Positions 40,640-50,898 of a DNA stretch of 64,000 bases are shown one piece after another. The DNA lies in contig JAIOOW010000003.1 in assembly GCA_021414205.1 (NCBI GenBank), positions 195,370 through 259,369 of the forward strand, read 5' to 3'. The DNA comes from Candidatus Anderseniibacteriota bacterium (GTDB lineage Bacteria > Patescibacteriota > Andersenbacteria > UBA10190). Within the stretch, counting starts at the first letter, position 1. Each line of letters starts with the position of its first letter. Position numbers and translations under genes: made by a program. The notes under the pieces are model-generated. The model was not told the origin of the DNA and searched no databases. It was given only the letters and a program-made list of their open reading frames with translations.

Positions 40640-41362
40640 ATGTCTACTAAATTACAAGATTCACCAGTTCAATCACTCGTTCCTGACGTTGTTGCAATGT
40701 TGGAAGCCGGCGTGCATTTTGGGCACGAAAAGAGCAAGAGAAACCCTCGAATGGAGAAGTTTATCTATATGCACCGCAATAAGGTGGCGATTATCGACCT
40801 AAACTTCACTCGCGATGGATTGCAAAAAGCTGTTGCTTTTGTGAATGAAATCATGAAAAAGCCGAATGCGGAGATCCTGTTTGTAGGAACAAAGCGCCAA
40901 GCTCGGTCAATCGTGAAGAAGTATGCCGAAGAGGCCGGGATGCCGTATGTAACGCGCAGATGGCTTGGAGGAACACTTACGAACTTTACTACAATTCTAA
41001 AGAGCATCGAAAAGCTTCAGGAATTAAAGCGAACAGGCGAAGATAAGTCTCTAATCCGTCTTACGAAGAAAGAACGGGCAGTTCGACAAAAAGAGATTGA
41101 ACGACTGGAAAGCGTGCTTGAAGGCATGAAGAACGTACGATCTCTCCCAGCTGCGATTTTCGTAGCAGGGGCTCACGACGAACGCATTGCTGTTGCAGAA
41201 GCGCTTCGAGTAGGAATTCCTGTTATCGGTATTACAGATACGAACGCTGATCCAGCAACAGTAACAGTACCAATCCCAGCAAACGATGACGCAATTCGAT
41301 CATTAGAATTAATCACAAGCGTGATTTCTAAAGCGATTGTATCTGCGAGAGCATCAAAATAA
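40640..41362 (+). CDS. rpsB: 30S ribosomal protein S2
   Basis: MLEAGVHFGH, RWLGGTLTNF and IPANDDAIRS. Confidence 0.97.
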   Translation: MSTKLQDSPVQSLVPDVVAMLEAGVHFGHEKSKRNPRMEKFIYMHRNKVAIIDLNFTRDGLQKAVAFVNEIMKKPNAEILFVGTKRQARSIVKKYAEEAGMPYVTRRWLGGTLTNFTTILKSIEKLQELKRTGEDKSLIRLTKKERAVRQKEIERLESVLEGMKNVRSLPAAIFVAGAHDERIAVAEALRVGIPVIGITDTNADPATVTVPIPANDDAIRSLELITSVISKAIVSARASK

Positions 41363-41397
41363 TTTAAGTAGTTTAGTTTTAGAAAGGAACAAAAAAT

Positions 41398-41985
41398 ATG
41401 GCAATTACAATGGAACAAATAAAAGATTTACGTACTCGAACGGGTGCGGGTGTTGTTGATGCAAAAGAGGCTCTTACTTCGAGCAACGGCGACATGGAAA
41501 AGGCAATTTTGTGGCTTCGCGAAAAAGGCAAAGCTACTGTTGCAAAGAAGTCTGCTCGAGAAACTCACGAAGGGGTAGTAGCTACTTATGTACACGGCAA
41601 CAAGAAAATGGCAGTACTCTTGGCGTTGCTCTGCGAGACTGACTTTGTGGCTCGAAATGAAAAATTCCAAGAATTAGCACAGAATATCGCAATGCATGTG
41701 GCAGCTTCTGATCCGCTTGTTGTAAAGCCAGAAGAGGTTTCTGACGCAGATGTGGAAGCAGAAAAAGTATTTGCTCAAGCTCAGCTAGAAAAAGAGGGCA
41801 AGCCTGCAGAAATGATCGAGAAGATCCTTGCTGGAAAAATGAAGAAATTTCGCGAAGAGCGAGCGCTTCTTACACAGGCATATGTGAAGGATCCGAAAAT
41901 GACGATTGAGCAGCTTCTTGCAGGGGCTGTTGCCGAAATGGGGGAAAATATCTCTATTCAAGAGTTCAAAAAGATCTCCATATAA
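41398..41985 (+). CDS. tsf: Elongation factor Ts (short form)
   Basis: LRTRTGAG and CETDFVA. Confidence 0.96.
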   Translation: MAITMEQIKDLRTRTGAGVVDAKEALTSSNGDMEKAILWLREKGKATVAKKSARETHEGVVATYVHGNKKMAVLLALLCETDFVARNEKFQELAQNIAMHVAASDPLVVKPEEVSDADVEAEKVFAQAQLEKEGKPAEMIEKILAGKMKKFREERALLTQAYVKDPKMTIEQLLAGAVAEMGENISIQEFKKISI

Positions 41986-42059
41986 TAAAATCGTACAAAA
42001 ATAGCATGAAGGCCCCTTGGCGAGGGGCTTTTTGCTTGGTAGGATAAGCAGTAACTTCC

Positions 42060-43157
42060 ATGCTTTACGATATCTTACCGCCATTATTACTGTTGTTCTC
42101 GTTCGGGGGTATTATTGTCCTTATTGCGCGGGCTATGATGAAAGTGCGAGCGCGAGAGGTTCATGAAGAAATTCAGGCACATGTTGAATCCGATGCCCCT
42201 GTCCATGCGGAAACTGTGATTGGTCCGAATAAGGGTAATGTCCATGTTGCAAAGAATCGATTATTGCATGTTGGCGCTCTGCTTGGAGCTGGTATTGCAA
42301 AAATCGGCCCTGCCACAAAATCATTTATTGCATCATATAAAGCATCTGCGTTGGCGAAAAAAGAGCAGAAAGCTATTGCGAAAAAACCTCAAAAATTTGC
42401 AGCTCCTGTGCCAGCCAAGCAGACGGTTAATGACGTGAAGGAAAAAATAGCATCGGGTATGAAGGGGATTCAAATTCCGGAGGTAAGTATCCATGAAAAA
42501 ATTGAACAGTTTAGCGAAAAGGGGAAACAGGGATTCTCTTTTCTTCGCAACACTGTTGCGTCAAGAATTCCTCATGTAAAAAAGGGTATGCAAGCAGTTC
42601 GGGATCAGGTTGTTTCAAGTATGCCGGTCAGAAAACAAGCTGTTGCGACTGGCGCTGTGCCAACGCCTATTATTCGCCTTGTCCATCAAGAGTCTGTAAG
42701 CGAACCAAAGCGTGGAATTATGTCGCAAATGATGCAGCGCCCGAAAGAGGAGACCGTGCTTGAGAAGGCAGAGCGGATGATTAGCGAAAATAATTTTGAT
42801 TCTGCAGAAGACTTGCTTGTTCCGTATATTATGAAGCATGCAACAGACACAAAGGCATATATGCTATTAGGGCGCTCAGCAATGGGAAAGGGTTCTTGGG
42901 ATGAAGCCGTTGAAATATTCCAACAGGTATTGAAGATGAGTAACGAAGAGGTGGAGGCTCAGGCATTGCTTGGGCACTGCGCGCTGCAGGCCGGGAAATT
43001 TACGATGGCAATGCAAGCACTGCAGAGAGCGCGAGATAATGATCCGGAAAACATCAGCATTCGAGAAGATTTGTTATTTATTGCGCGAAGAATGGATAAT
43101 AAGGTTGTAGTACGAGGGGTTTTGGAAGAATTGGAAGCGTTGAAACAGAAAAGCTAA
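42060..43157 (+). CDS. Membrane-anchored TPR-repeat protein
   Basis: N-terminal TM and C-terminal TPR-like helices (AYMLLG, AQALLG). Confidence 0.8.
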   Translation: MLYDILPPLLLLFSFGGIIVLIARAMMKVRAREVHEEIQAHVESDAPVHAETVIGPNKGNVHVAKNRLLHVGALLGAGIAKIGPATKSFIASYKASALAKKEQKAIAKKPQKFAAPVPAKQTVNDVKEKIASGMKGIQIPEVSIHEKIEQFSEKGKQGFSFLRNTVASRIPHVKKGMQAVRDQVVSSMPVRKQAVATGAVPTPIIRLVHQESVSEPKRGIMSQMMQRPKEETVLEKAERMISENNFDSAEDLLVPYIMKHATDTKAYMLLGRSAMGKGSWDEAVEIFQQVLKMSNEEVEAQALLGHCALQAGKFTMAMQALQRARDNDPENISIREDLLFIARRMDNKVVVRGVLEELEALKQKS

Positions 43158-43177
43158 AGATTTGTTCCGGGGCGGAT

Positions 43178-44128
43178 ATGGGGAATGTTCCAGAAGAGCA
43201 ATCGGTAGTGCTGAGTATATGCATACCTACATACAATAGGCCAAATCAATTGCGAAGGCTTTTGCAAAGCATTCGCGCTCAATACGATAATAGAATAGAA
43301 GTTGTGATTGGTGACGATGGCAATGCCGAGGATACGAAGAAAGTATTGCAGGAATTTTCCGACATCCGCATCGTATATTTTATTAATGAGCCGAGGAAAG
43401 GCTTTGCGCAAAACCTTCTTGCAGTTTCTTGGAAGGCAGTGGGGGAATATATATGGTGGATAAGCGATGATGACCAGGTAGCTGAAGGAGCGCTAGGCAG
43501 AGTATTTGAACATCTTAAGATGCACCCGCCGATTCTTTGGGTGAATGCGGAATCGGGAATTAATCCAGGTGGTGAGTTTAAAAAAAATGCGACTGATGGA
43601 TATCTGCCCTCGAAGGACGCCGGATTGGAGGAAATTGGTACGCTTCTTACGTTCATATCTTCCATCATATTTCAGAAAGAGAAATTACTTGCGCTCAATC
43701 AGGATGAGCTTCGGCAATTTGAACATTCTTCATTTGTGAACTTTGCTATAGTGGCAATGATTATGCTGACATGCGGACCCATATATTGTATTGCGAAGCC
43801 GTGCGTAATTGCGCATTGGGATTTCGCCAGCGACCCTTGGAAGAATAAGTTCCGAACGTTTGGAATCGATTTTCTAGACGTGATGAATCACTTTAAGGAT
43901 AGATTCTCTTCGCGTGCATATCGAGCGATTGTCGGTTCCATGTTCTCGTTTTCTTGGAGGGTTGCGCTTGGGGAAAGGTTTCGCAGTGGAAATTCTTTGC
44001 ATCAGTTTATGATGCCGATGATACGGCGCTATTGGTCCTACCCTGAAATACTATTGGCCGTACCTTTGTTTCTTATGCCTCGGTTCGGTATTGTTTTGTT
44101 ATATCGTTTATATGGCCGGCTACAGTAA
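43178..44128 (+). CDS. Glycosyltransferase family 2
   Basis: LSICIPTYNR, GDDG and W.ISDDD. Confidence 0.9.
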   Translation: MGNVPEEQSVVLSICIPTYNRPNQLRRLLQSIRAQYDNRIEVVIGDDGNAEDTKKVLQEFSDIRIVYFINEPRKGFAQNLLAVSWKAVGEYIWWISDDDQVAEGALGRVFEHLKMHPPILWVNAESGINPGGEFKKNATDGYLPSKDAGLEEIGTLLTFISSIIFQKEKLLALNQDELRQFEHSSFVNFAIVAMIMLTCGPIYCIAKPCVIAHWDFASDPWKNKFRTFGIDFLDVMNHFKDRFSSRAYRAIVGSMFSFSWRVALGERFRSGNSLHQFMMPMIRRYWSYPEILLAVPLFLMPRFGIVLLYRLYGRLQ

Positions 44129-46361
44129 GCATATTCGCATATACGGGGTCTGGGGAATTTTGGTAGTGGTATTTGTCGCTGCATTCTTTCCGATAAGCGT
44201 GCTACGCGTTCAGGACGCTCCAAAAGAAGACGAAAAGTATGTTCGTCGTATATATGATAATCACACAGTCGGACAAGTCTTTCGTCATGACTATTACAGC
44301 ATCAGCAAGCTTGCCGTATTGGTTCGAGCAGATGCTCCTCATAGTGCGACGCTGATTGCACGAAATGGTGAGGGGAAAGAGGTGGGAAGGGAGAATATAG
44401 ACCTCACTACCGAGGATCAATGGGTTGAATTTACGTTTAAAAAATCTTTGAAGAAAGGTACGGATACCATATTCTTTTCGACGATATCCGGAACGCGCAT
44501 GAGGCAGTCAATTCTTATGCGATACCAGATAGACTCTGACTTATACTCCGAGGGCAACATGGTTGTTGATGGCAAAGATTCCTATGGGGATATAGCATTT
44601 CAAGTTACTGAAACATCGCCAGCATGGAGGGCTCTGCTTGTATGGGGGCAAGTGAATGGAACCAGTGCACAGCGCGCCGCACTATTTTTAGTGGAAGGAG
44701 CGATATGTGCCGCAGCGGTATTTGGATTATTGCAGATACGCTTTAGGGCGCATAGGCAATTTCGCAGATATATTCCAAGCGTTGCACTATTCGTATGCAC
44801 AGTGTTTATGTGCGCACCCTATGCGCACCTACTGAATGGTGTGTTCGGAGGAGACGCGTTTAATTATATGGATAAAGCGTTTGCACTGATACACGGCCAG
44901 GATCCGTTTGCGGCAGATGCGAGGAAGGGTCCATTTTTCTCGCTTCTCCTTATTCCCGGACTCTTTTTACCAGACCCTCTTGTTTGGTCGCGGTGGGTCG
45001 GCATTGTTGCGGCGGGGCTCGTTGCCGGCTTGGTTCCGCTCGTTGCGCGCAGAATGGGTATTGGGTGGCCTGTTGCCACCATGGCTGGCGTTTTTGTTGC
45101 GGAAAATAGTTTTTTACTATTCGAAGCTCCGGACGCGCTGGCAATGACCACGTTTACGTTCTTGATTCTGCTGTGCGTGTACTCCTTCTTGAGTATAAAG
45201 AAAAATGGCAAATTTCTTTGGGTATTGGCTATTGCGTCTGGTTTAACTATGCTGACGCGGTTTGAGGGCGCATTAGTGGGGGCGATATTATTGCCCGCGG
45301 CGTGGATTCGGTATCGAATTTCTTGGAGAAATATATTATGGCCGATTGTAGTTGCCATACTCATTATGGCATTGCCGTTATCGTCGTATATTATTTCCGG
45401 CAAATCCGGCATTCGAACGGCTCAGGATATTCAAAACGATGACGGCTTATTTTTGGTTCACTCGATTCATGACAAGCAGCTCGAGTTGAATATTCAGCGA
45501 TCGTACGAATTTTTTACAAACGTATTTATTGAAAAGGGGACGAATATGAATATTGCGTTGTATTTGGTAGCAGGGGTATTGATCGGCATTCTTCTTGTGC
45601 TTACTCGACGCTATATGCCGCGTATTTCTTCTCAAGTACTGGGCGCTATCGGAATATGCTCTGCGGTAGTATTCTTGTTTGCCCTTGCAATGAATAATGA
45701 AGTGAATAAGTACATGCTCGTTGCGCTGCTGTACATGCTGACGGGCATCGGAATTGCATTCTTTGTACAAAAAAAACCGATAGAAGGCATCGCTATTCTG
45801 TTTGCAATTGCGTCGCAAGTTGCAGTAATTATTTGGATTTTACCGAAGACGAGATATTTCTTGCCAACAATACCGTTTTTATATCTATTTCTTGCGTATG
45901 GAATTTATTCGCTTGCAAGAAGTAAGAAGAGGATAGTTCAGTTTGTAGTTCTCGTTATATTAAGTACTGCAGGCATATATTTCTACCAAGACGAGCAGAA
46001 ATATTTGGAAAAAGATGTTGAAGCATATAATAACAAAGCATTTGAAACGGACGTATTGGTAAAGGCTTTGATCGATTTACGATCAAGTAAGCAATCAGTT
46101 GCTGTAGAAAGTTTGGACGATTTGGCAGTTCGTATGTATGTGGCACCCGAAAAATTATTTTATATTCAGTTGAATCAAACTTCGGATATCGCGCAGCAGG
46201 AGTTGCAGTTTATCCAAGGTAATCACATCCACTTTTTATTGAAGCGTGAAGATTCTGACGACTGGCAAATAGCGCAGAAAAATCCGGAACTATTTAGTGA
46301 TCCAAAAATCTACACGACGAAAAACGGTGATGCAAAAGTCTTAGTATATACAGTAAAATAG
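44112..46361 (+). CDS. Polytopic membrane protein, GT-C/PMT-like glycosyltransferase candidate
   Basis: Many TM helices; GDAFNY, R.GPFFS, LTRFEG and RYFLP motifs. Confidence 0.7.
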   Translation: MAGYSKHIRIYGVWGILVVVFVAAFFPISVLRVQDAPKEDEKYVRRIYDNHTVGQVFRHDYYSISKLAVLVRADAPHSATLIARNGEGKEVGRENIDLTTEDQWVEFTFKKSLKKGTDTIFFSTISGTRMRQSILMRYQIDSDLYSEGNMVVDGKDSYGDIAFQVTETSPAWRALLVWGQVNGTSAQRAALFLVEGAICAAAVFGLLQIRFRAHRQFRRYIPSVALFVCTVFMCAPYAHLLNGVFGGDAFNYMDKAFALIHGQDPFAADARKGPFFSLLLIPGLFLPDPLVWSRWVGIVAAGLVAGLVPLVARRMGIGWPVATMAGVFVAENSFLLFEAPDALAMTTFTFLILLCVYSFLSIKKNGKFLWVLAIASGLTMLTRFEGALVGAILLPAAWIRYRISWRNILWPIVVAILIMALPLSSYIISGKSGIRTAQDIQNDDGLFLVHSIHDKQLELNIQRSYEFFTNVFIEKGTNMNIALYLVAGVLIGILLVLTRRYMPRISSQVLGAIGICSAVVFLFALAMNNEVNKYMLVALLYMLTGIGIAFFVQKKPIEGIAILFAIASQVAVIIWILPKTRYFLPTIPFLYLFLAYGIYSLARSKKRIVQFVVLVILSTAGIYFYQDEQKYLEKDVEAYNNKAFETDVLVKALIDLRSSKQSVAVESLDDLAVRMYVAPEKLFYIQLNQTSDIAQQELQFIQGNHIHFLLKREDSDDWQIAQKNPELFSDPKIYTTKNGDAKVLVYTVK

Positions 46362-46443
46362 GTTTGCAAAAAGGAAGTGTTCGTTGTATATAACAAGTGG
46401 TTGTTATGGTGCACATTTAAGTAGATTTCAGGAGGGCATTCTC

Positions 46444-47217
46444 ATGTATGAACGATTCACTGATCGCGCGCTCAAGGTGATGCAGTTGGCCAATGAAGAA
46501 GCTCAGCGGTTCAATCACGAGTATATTGGTACTGAGCACATTCTCCTCGGTATTATACGGGAGGGAGGCGGTATCGCTTTTGTGATTCTCGGCGGGTTTG
46601 GGGTTGATTTGCAAAAGGTTCGGCTCGAAGTTGAAAAACTTGTTCAGTCGGCATCAGAAGATATGGCTACGATTGGAAGGCTTCCCCAAACTCCGCGTGC
46701 AAAGAGGGTTATTGAGTTTGCGATGGAAGAGGCTAGGGGATTTGATCACAAGCACATTGGCACTGAGCATTTACTGCTTGGGCTCATTCGCGAAGCAGAG
46801 GGTGTGGGAGGGCAAGCGTTGCTTAACCTTGGTCTGGAGCTCGACGTGGTTCGGCAATGTGTTCTTCAAGCAATTGCTTATGGTGAGCATGGTACTGTAT
46901 CGTCTCCGATACCATTTAGCGCTCGCATTATGTGTTGCAAGATATTGTTCGAGTTTGACGAATTGATAAGTGAGCTCGACACAGAGGTGTTTCGTTCTGC
47001 TAGGCGTGAATGGATCACTGACAACGATGTTCAGTTACGTTGGGCGAAACACGAGGATTTTCAGCCGGCCGTTAAAGTTCATCGCGACACTCTTTTGAGG
47101 CTGAGGAATGATACGGCAAAGGCTATTGGTTTTGGTCCGCGAGAGGCGCACAGTTTCTTTCCTCGGGACTATGCGGTAACGCCAATGGGGTATCTATTGC
47201 CTCTGAAACCCATGTGA
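46444..47217 (+). CDS. Stand-alone Clp N-terminal (repeat) domain protein with an unknown C-terminal domain
   Basis: MYERFTDRA, IGTEH twice, LPQTPRAKRVIE; no AAA+ Walker motifs; AGGAGGG SD. Confidence 0.88.
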   Translation: MYERFTDRALKVMQLANEEAQRFNHEYIGTEHILLGIIREGGGIAFVILGGFGVDLQKVRLEVEKLVQSASEDMATIGRLPQTPRAKRVIEFAMEEARGFDHKHIGTEHLLLGLIREAEGVGGQALLNLGLELDVVRQCVLQAIAYGEHGTVSSPIPFSARIMCCKILFEFDELISELDTEVFRSARREWITDNDVQLRWAKHEDFQPAVKVHRDTLLRLRNDTAKAIGFGPREAHSFFPRDYAVTPMGYLLPLKPM

Positions 47218-47288
47218 AATTTGAAGGTTGCTTGGTGATCCAGGCAACCTTTTTAATATCGCTATAAAATAGCTGATATACTTACAAG

Positions 47289-49346
47289 GTGATTCTTCAT
47301 CTTAGGAATATTTGGCTTTGGATAGCAGGGGTTATTATTGCGGTCGCGGGCATTATATTATTTTTATTCTATGCGCCGTATTTAGGGGCTGTTTCGTATT
47401 TGCACCAGGGATTTTATATAGCATCACCGGATGTTCTGGTGGCAGGAGTCGTTAACACCATCACCTGGTCGGTAAGTGATACGAATGCGACAAAGTACCC
47501 TACGGAAAAAGTAGAGGTTTGCCGCGGAGCTCTGCCCGATCAGGGCTGTGTTTTAATTGCGGATGTTGTAAAAAATAATCGCAGTGCCCAAGCAATGGTT
47601 CCAATCACGATTCCTCGAGGGGTGGCATACTTGCGCATGACGGCGCGCGACGCTGCTGGGCAGCTCGTTTTAGGCGCTTCTTCTGCAAAAATGATTACTG
47701 TTGTGTCGTCGACTACAGTAGGGGCTGGCGATACGGTGCAGGCACTTTGGAAAAGAGATACAAGATATTCCGCGGTAAAAATAGAATTTTGTATTGCATC
47801 TAGTCCGACTGCAAAATGTATTACTCTTGCGTCGAAGATTGCAAATTCAGGAAGTGCAAAAATTACCGTACCGAAGGGTATCGTAAAGTCTGATGGATAC
47901 ATTGTGGTGCATAATCGTACGCTTGGTGGACTTCTCGTTTCTGGAAGTTCCCAATATGGATCAGCAAAAATTCTGCAAACGGCAAAACCAATCGCTGCTA
48001 CTGCAAGTTCTAGCGACGGAGGTTCTGGTGGTGGAGGAGGGTCTAACGATGGCGGCGGATCGAATGATCAAGGGCCTATAGATACTCCCGTAGTGACTGC
48101 GGAACCAACTCCAACGCCTGGGCCAACAGATAGCCCCGTACCTACGGACACGCCGAACCCTACAGAAACACCAACTCCTACCCCGAGCCAGACAGTCGAG
48201 CCGACCGTAACGCCAGAGATGAGCCCAACGCCAACAGCGGAACCGACATCTACGCCTACGCCGACCGTATCTCCAACAACAACGCCCACTAGTACTCCGA
48301 CAATGAGCCCGAGCCCTACGCCGAGCCCAACGCCATTTATAAGTTCGATTGCATGTAACGGCATAAACGTAAAAGATTACGGAGTGCTTGGTGACGGAAA
48401 GGCAGATGATACGGAAGCGATTAAAAAATCATTAAATGCTCCGGGCACCACTCTTTGTTTTCCTGCTGGGATTTACAGGATATCTGCTGAACTGAATTTG
48501 AGCGCACATCCAACTGTTATTAGTGACGCTGGCGCAATTATTGAGCAAACGTGTTCTACGTGCATTAGCTTCACGTTTTCGGGTCCATATGAAGTATTTA
48601 TACGCGGTATGAAATTCTTAGGCGGAAGGAATCAGATTGCATTTACGAATGACGGAAGTAAAAATTCTTCGTTACATATTATAGACTCTGAATTTCAGGC
48701 TTCGACTGGATATGCGGTTGCTGGCACTTCGGGGAATGTATTACCCGGAACTTTAAAGATTGAGCGTTCAAAGTTTGTGAATGGTAGAAAGGTTCTGCGT
48801 AATTCGTTTGCGTCTGCAACGGTGCAGGACACCTGGGTATCAGTAGGAAACAAGAATTTTGATACAGATTCTGCAGCATTTTGGAATATATCCGGAGCAT
48901 CGCTTGTATTTGATAATATGATGGGCACGCCGGCAATGGGCGAATCAACGGATCGCTTAAGTGCTGTTCGATGGGTGGATAATTATGGAATATTTCAGGC
49001 TCTACAAAGTAGGTTTGGAGGGGAAGCAGGGGGTATGCCGATTGTGTATCAGTATGCTGGGGGAAGCACAGGGGTTACGATTCGGGATTCTCAAATATCT
49101 TCTGGTCCGGGATTACAGAAAGATTCCGCGGTAATTGTGACAAAAAGCGCAGTGCCGGATACCGTAGCTATCTCGGGAGCGAATTTCTTAATTGAAGCTC
49201 CATATATTCTTGCTCAGGCTTTTGACATTGCAAAGTATGTGGTAGGACATTCTGGGCTGCATATTAACCTTGATGCAAACATGGCGTATCCGAGTTCCCC
49301 AGATATTCCGTCTGTGCTTGAGAAGTTTACTATAAGAAAGAAATAG
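47289..49346 (+). CDS. Membrane-anchored protein with a PT-rich linker and a pectate-lyase-3-like beta-helix domain
   Basis: N-terminal TM, PT repeats and NVKDYG..GDG.ADDT.AI. Confidence 0.8.
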   Translation: MILHLRNIWLWIAGVIIAVAGIILFLFYAPYLGAVSYLHQGFYIASPDVLVAGVVNTITWSVSDTNATKYPTEKVEVCRGALPDQGCVLIADVVKNNRSAQAMVPITIPRGVAYLRMTARDAAGQLVLGASSAKMITVVSSTTVGAGDTVQALWKRDTRYSAVKIEFCIASSPTAKCITLASKIANSGSAKITVPKGIVKSDGYIVVHNRTLGGLLVSGSSQYGSAKILQTAKPIAATASSSDGGSGGGGGSNDGGGSNDQGPIDTPVVTAEPTPTPGPTDSPVPTDTPNPTETPTPTPSQTVEPTVTPEMSPTPTAEPTSTPTPTVSPTTTPTSTPTMSPSPTPSPTPFISSIACNGINVKDYGVLGDGKADDTEAIKKSLNAPGTTLCFPAGIYRISAELNLSAHPTVISDAGAIIEQTCSTCISFTFSGPYEVFIRGMKFLGGRNQIAFTNDGSKNSSLHIIDSEFQASTGYAVAGTSGNVLPGTLKIERSKFVNGRKVLRNSFASATVQDTWVSVGNKNFDTDSAAFWNISGASLVFDNMMGTPAMGESTDRLSAVRWVDNYGIFQALQSRFGGEAGGMPIVYQYAGGSTGVTIRDSQISSGPGLQKDSAVIVTKSAVPDTVAISGANFLIEAPYILAQAFDIAKYVVGHSGLHINLDANMAYPSSPDIPSVLEKFTIRKK
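48080..48335 (+). repeat. Low-complexity Pro/Thr coding repeat
   Basis: EPTPTPGPTDSPVPTDTPNPTETPTPTP...; degenerate at the DNA level. Confidence 0.8.
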
Positions 49347-49351
49347 AAAAT

Positions 49352-50536
49352 ATGACTACTAAATACATTGCAATATACGCAGGGCTCGCAGTAATAATCG
49401 TAGCAAGTGTTAGTTTGTTATTTAGCCCATTTCGGCACTATCTCGGACTCACAACGTTTACTGCAAAGGATAAAAGTGGCCCATGTCAAAATGCTATTAA
49501 CGTGAAAGATTACGGTGCAAAGGGTGACGGCTCCGCGGATGATACAAAGGCTATTGCTGATGCATCTACGGCAAGCAAGACGTCCGTGCGAGCATCTGGA
49601 GCTATTAATGCATATATTGGTTCTTCTGACCCAATATGCTTTCCAGCAGGAGATTATAAAATTTCAAACGAGCTTGCATTGAAGGCGTATGCAAATATTT
49701 ATGGCGAAGGAGACGTAAGGATTACTCAGTCATGCGCTTCCTGTAATATTTTTGTATTCCGTGGCGGGTATACGATTACGCTTCGTAATATACATTTCAT
49801 TGGTGGAAAAAATCAGATATTTTTTGAAAATAACAATACCGATACTACTACGGTAGCAATTGAGAATAGCCAGTTTGAGTCAGCGAATGATTATGCCATC
49901 TATACAAATGGAACATCGGATGGGCATTTGTCCGCAGAAATTTCAATCTATGCTTCAAAATTTATTAATTCCAGAAAAGTAATGAGGAACGTAGCGGATC
50001 ACGTTATCATGCGCGACAGTTCGATTGTAGTAAGTAAAAATAATTTTGATGCAAATTCCGGCGCAATTTGGAACCGAGAATCAAGCTCGATATTTTTCAA
50101 TAATGTTACGGCAACCGCAAACTTGAACGGAGTGTCTCAGGTAAGATGGGTAGATAATAACGGAAACTTTTTCGTGGACAAGAGCATCTTTGCAGGAGAG
50201 AATGGCGGGATTCCAATTGTGTATCAATTTGGCGCGCCGATAACGGCATATCCGTTTATGGGAAAATCCGTTGTTATTCGAAACTCTAAAATTTCCGCAG
50301 GTTCAGATACGGTTATCGTGTTAAAAGAAGCAGTGCCGCAATTAGTACTCATGCAGGGGAATACCTATTCCGCAACGCATCATGTATTTTCAGATGCGGC
50401 TAGCCTGGCAGGGTATATAGATGCTGTAAATAAAGTGATGCCGTTATCGTTAAAGACTCAAGCATTTAATATTCAAGTTGAAGATGTGTCGCAAGCAAAT
50501 GTGCCTGCCGCTCTGCAAAGTTTTGTAAGGAAATAA
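49352..50536 (+). CDS. Pectate-lyase-3-like beta-helix protein, paralog of the upstream C-terminal domain
   Basis: NVKDYGAKGDGSADDTKAI; VRWVDN and GE.GG.PIVYQ motifs shared with 47289. Confidence 0.82.
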   Translation: MTTKYIAIYAGLAVIIVASVSLLFSPFRHYLGLTTFTAKDKSGPCQNAINVKDYGAKGDGSADDTKAIADASTASKTSVRASGAINAYIGSSDPICFPAGDYKISNELALKAYANIYGEGDVRITQSCASCNIFVFRGGYTITLRNIHFIGGKNQIFFENNNTDTTTVAIENSQFESANDYAIYTNGTSDGHLSAEISIYASKFINSRKVMRNVADHVIMRDSSIVVSKNNFDANSGAIWNRESSSIFFNNVTATANLNGVSQVRWVDNNGNFFVDKSIFAGENGGIPIVYQFGAPITAYPFMGKSVVIRNSKISAGSDTVIVLKEAVPQLVLMQGNTYSATHHVFSDAASLAGYIDAVNKVMPLSLKTQAFNIQVEDVSQANVPAALQSFVRK

Positions 50537-50790
50537 AAAACCTAGTGATTGTTCTATAATTAACGCCCCGCAACGGAAACCAATTACAGAGGCCAATCAC
50601 TAGGCCGTATGCTTTCCCGACACTCTTGCGACTTTCGGACGAGCCCGTAGGTGATGGAGAGCCGATCACCAGCCAGTAGGGGGAATTCAATCTGACTGTG
50701 TGGGCCTATGCATTTTCTGGGAAATGCACCTGTATACGTCTGCTTCGCAAGAGTGCCGGGGTAAGTTTCAAAGAACAAATCTGATATCTC
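50536..50790 (-). ncRNA. Candidate structured ncRNA (about 250 nt)
   Basis: 16-bp stem (50745-50760 with 50616-50631) enclosing a multibranch core, then a long hairpin and U-run; G-U pairs favour the - strand; TTGTAC-16-TAAAAT promoter upstream. Confidence 0.55.
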
Positions 50791-50898
50791 TTATTTTATG
50801 CTTCATATGGGAAAGTACAATATTTGATAAAAATAGAGAAATATCGTATATAGGATGAGGAATTAGCACAGCACATTTCACGTTTGAAAGGCAATATA

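Noticed and set aside
50584-50778. 64-aa minus-strand ORF as the functional product of this interval
   Set aside because: TTG start with no SD, and extensive base-pairing explains the interval better; not fully excluded.
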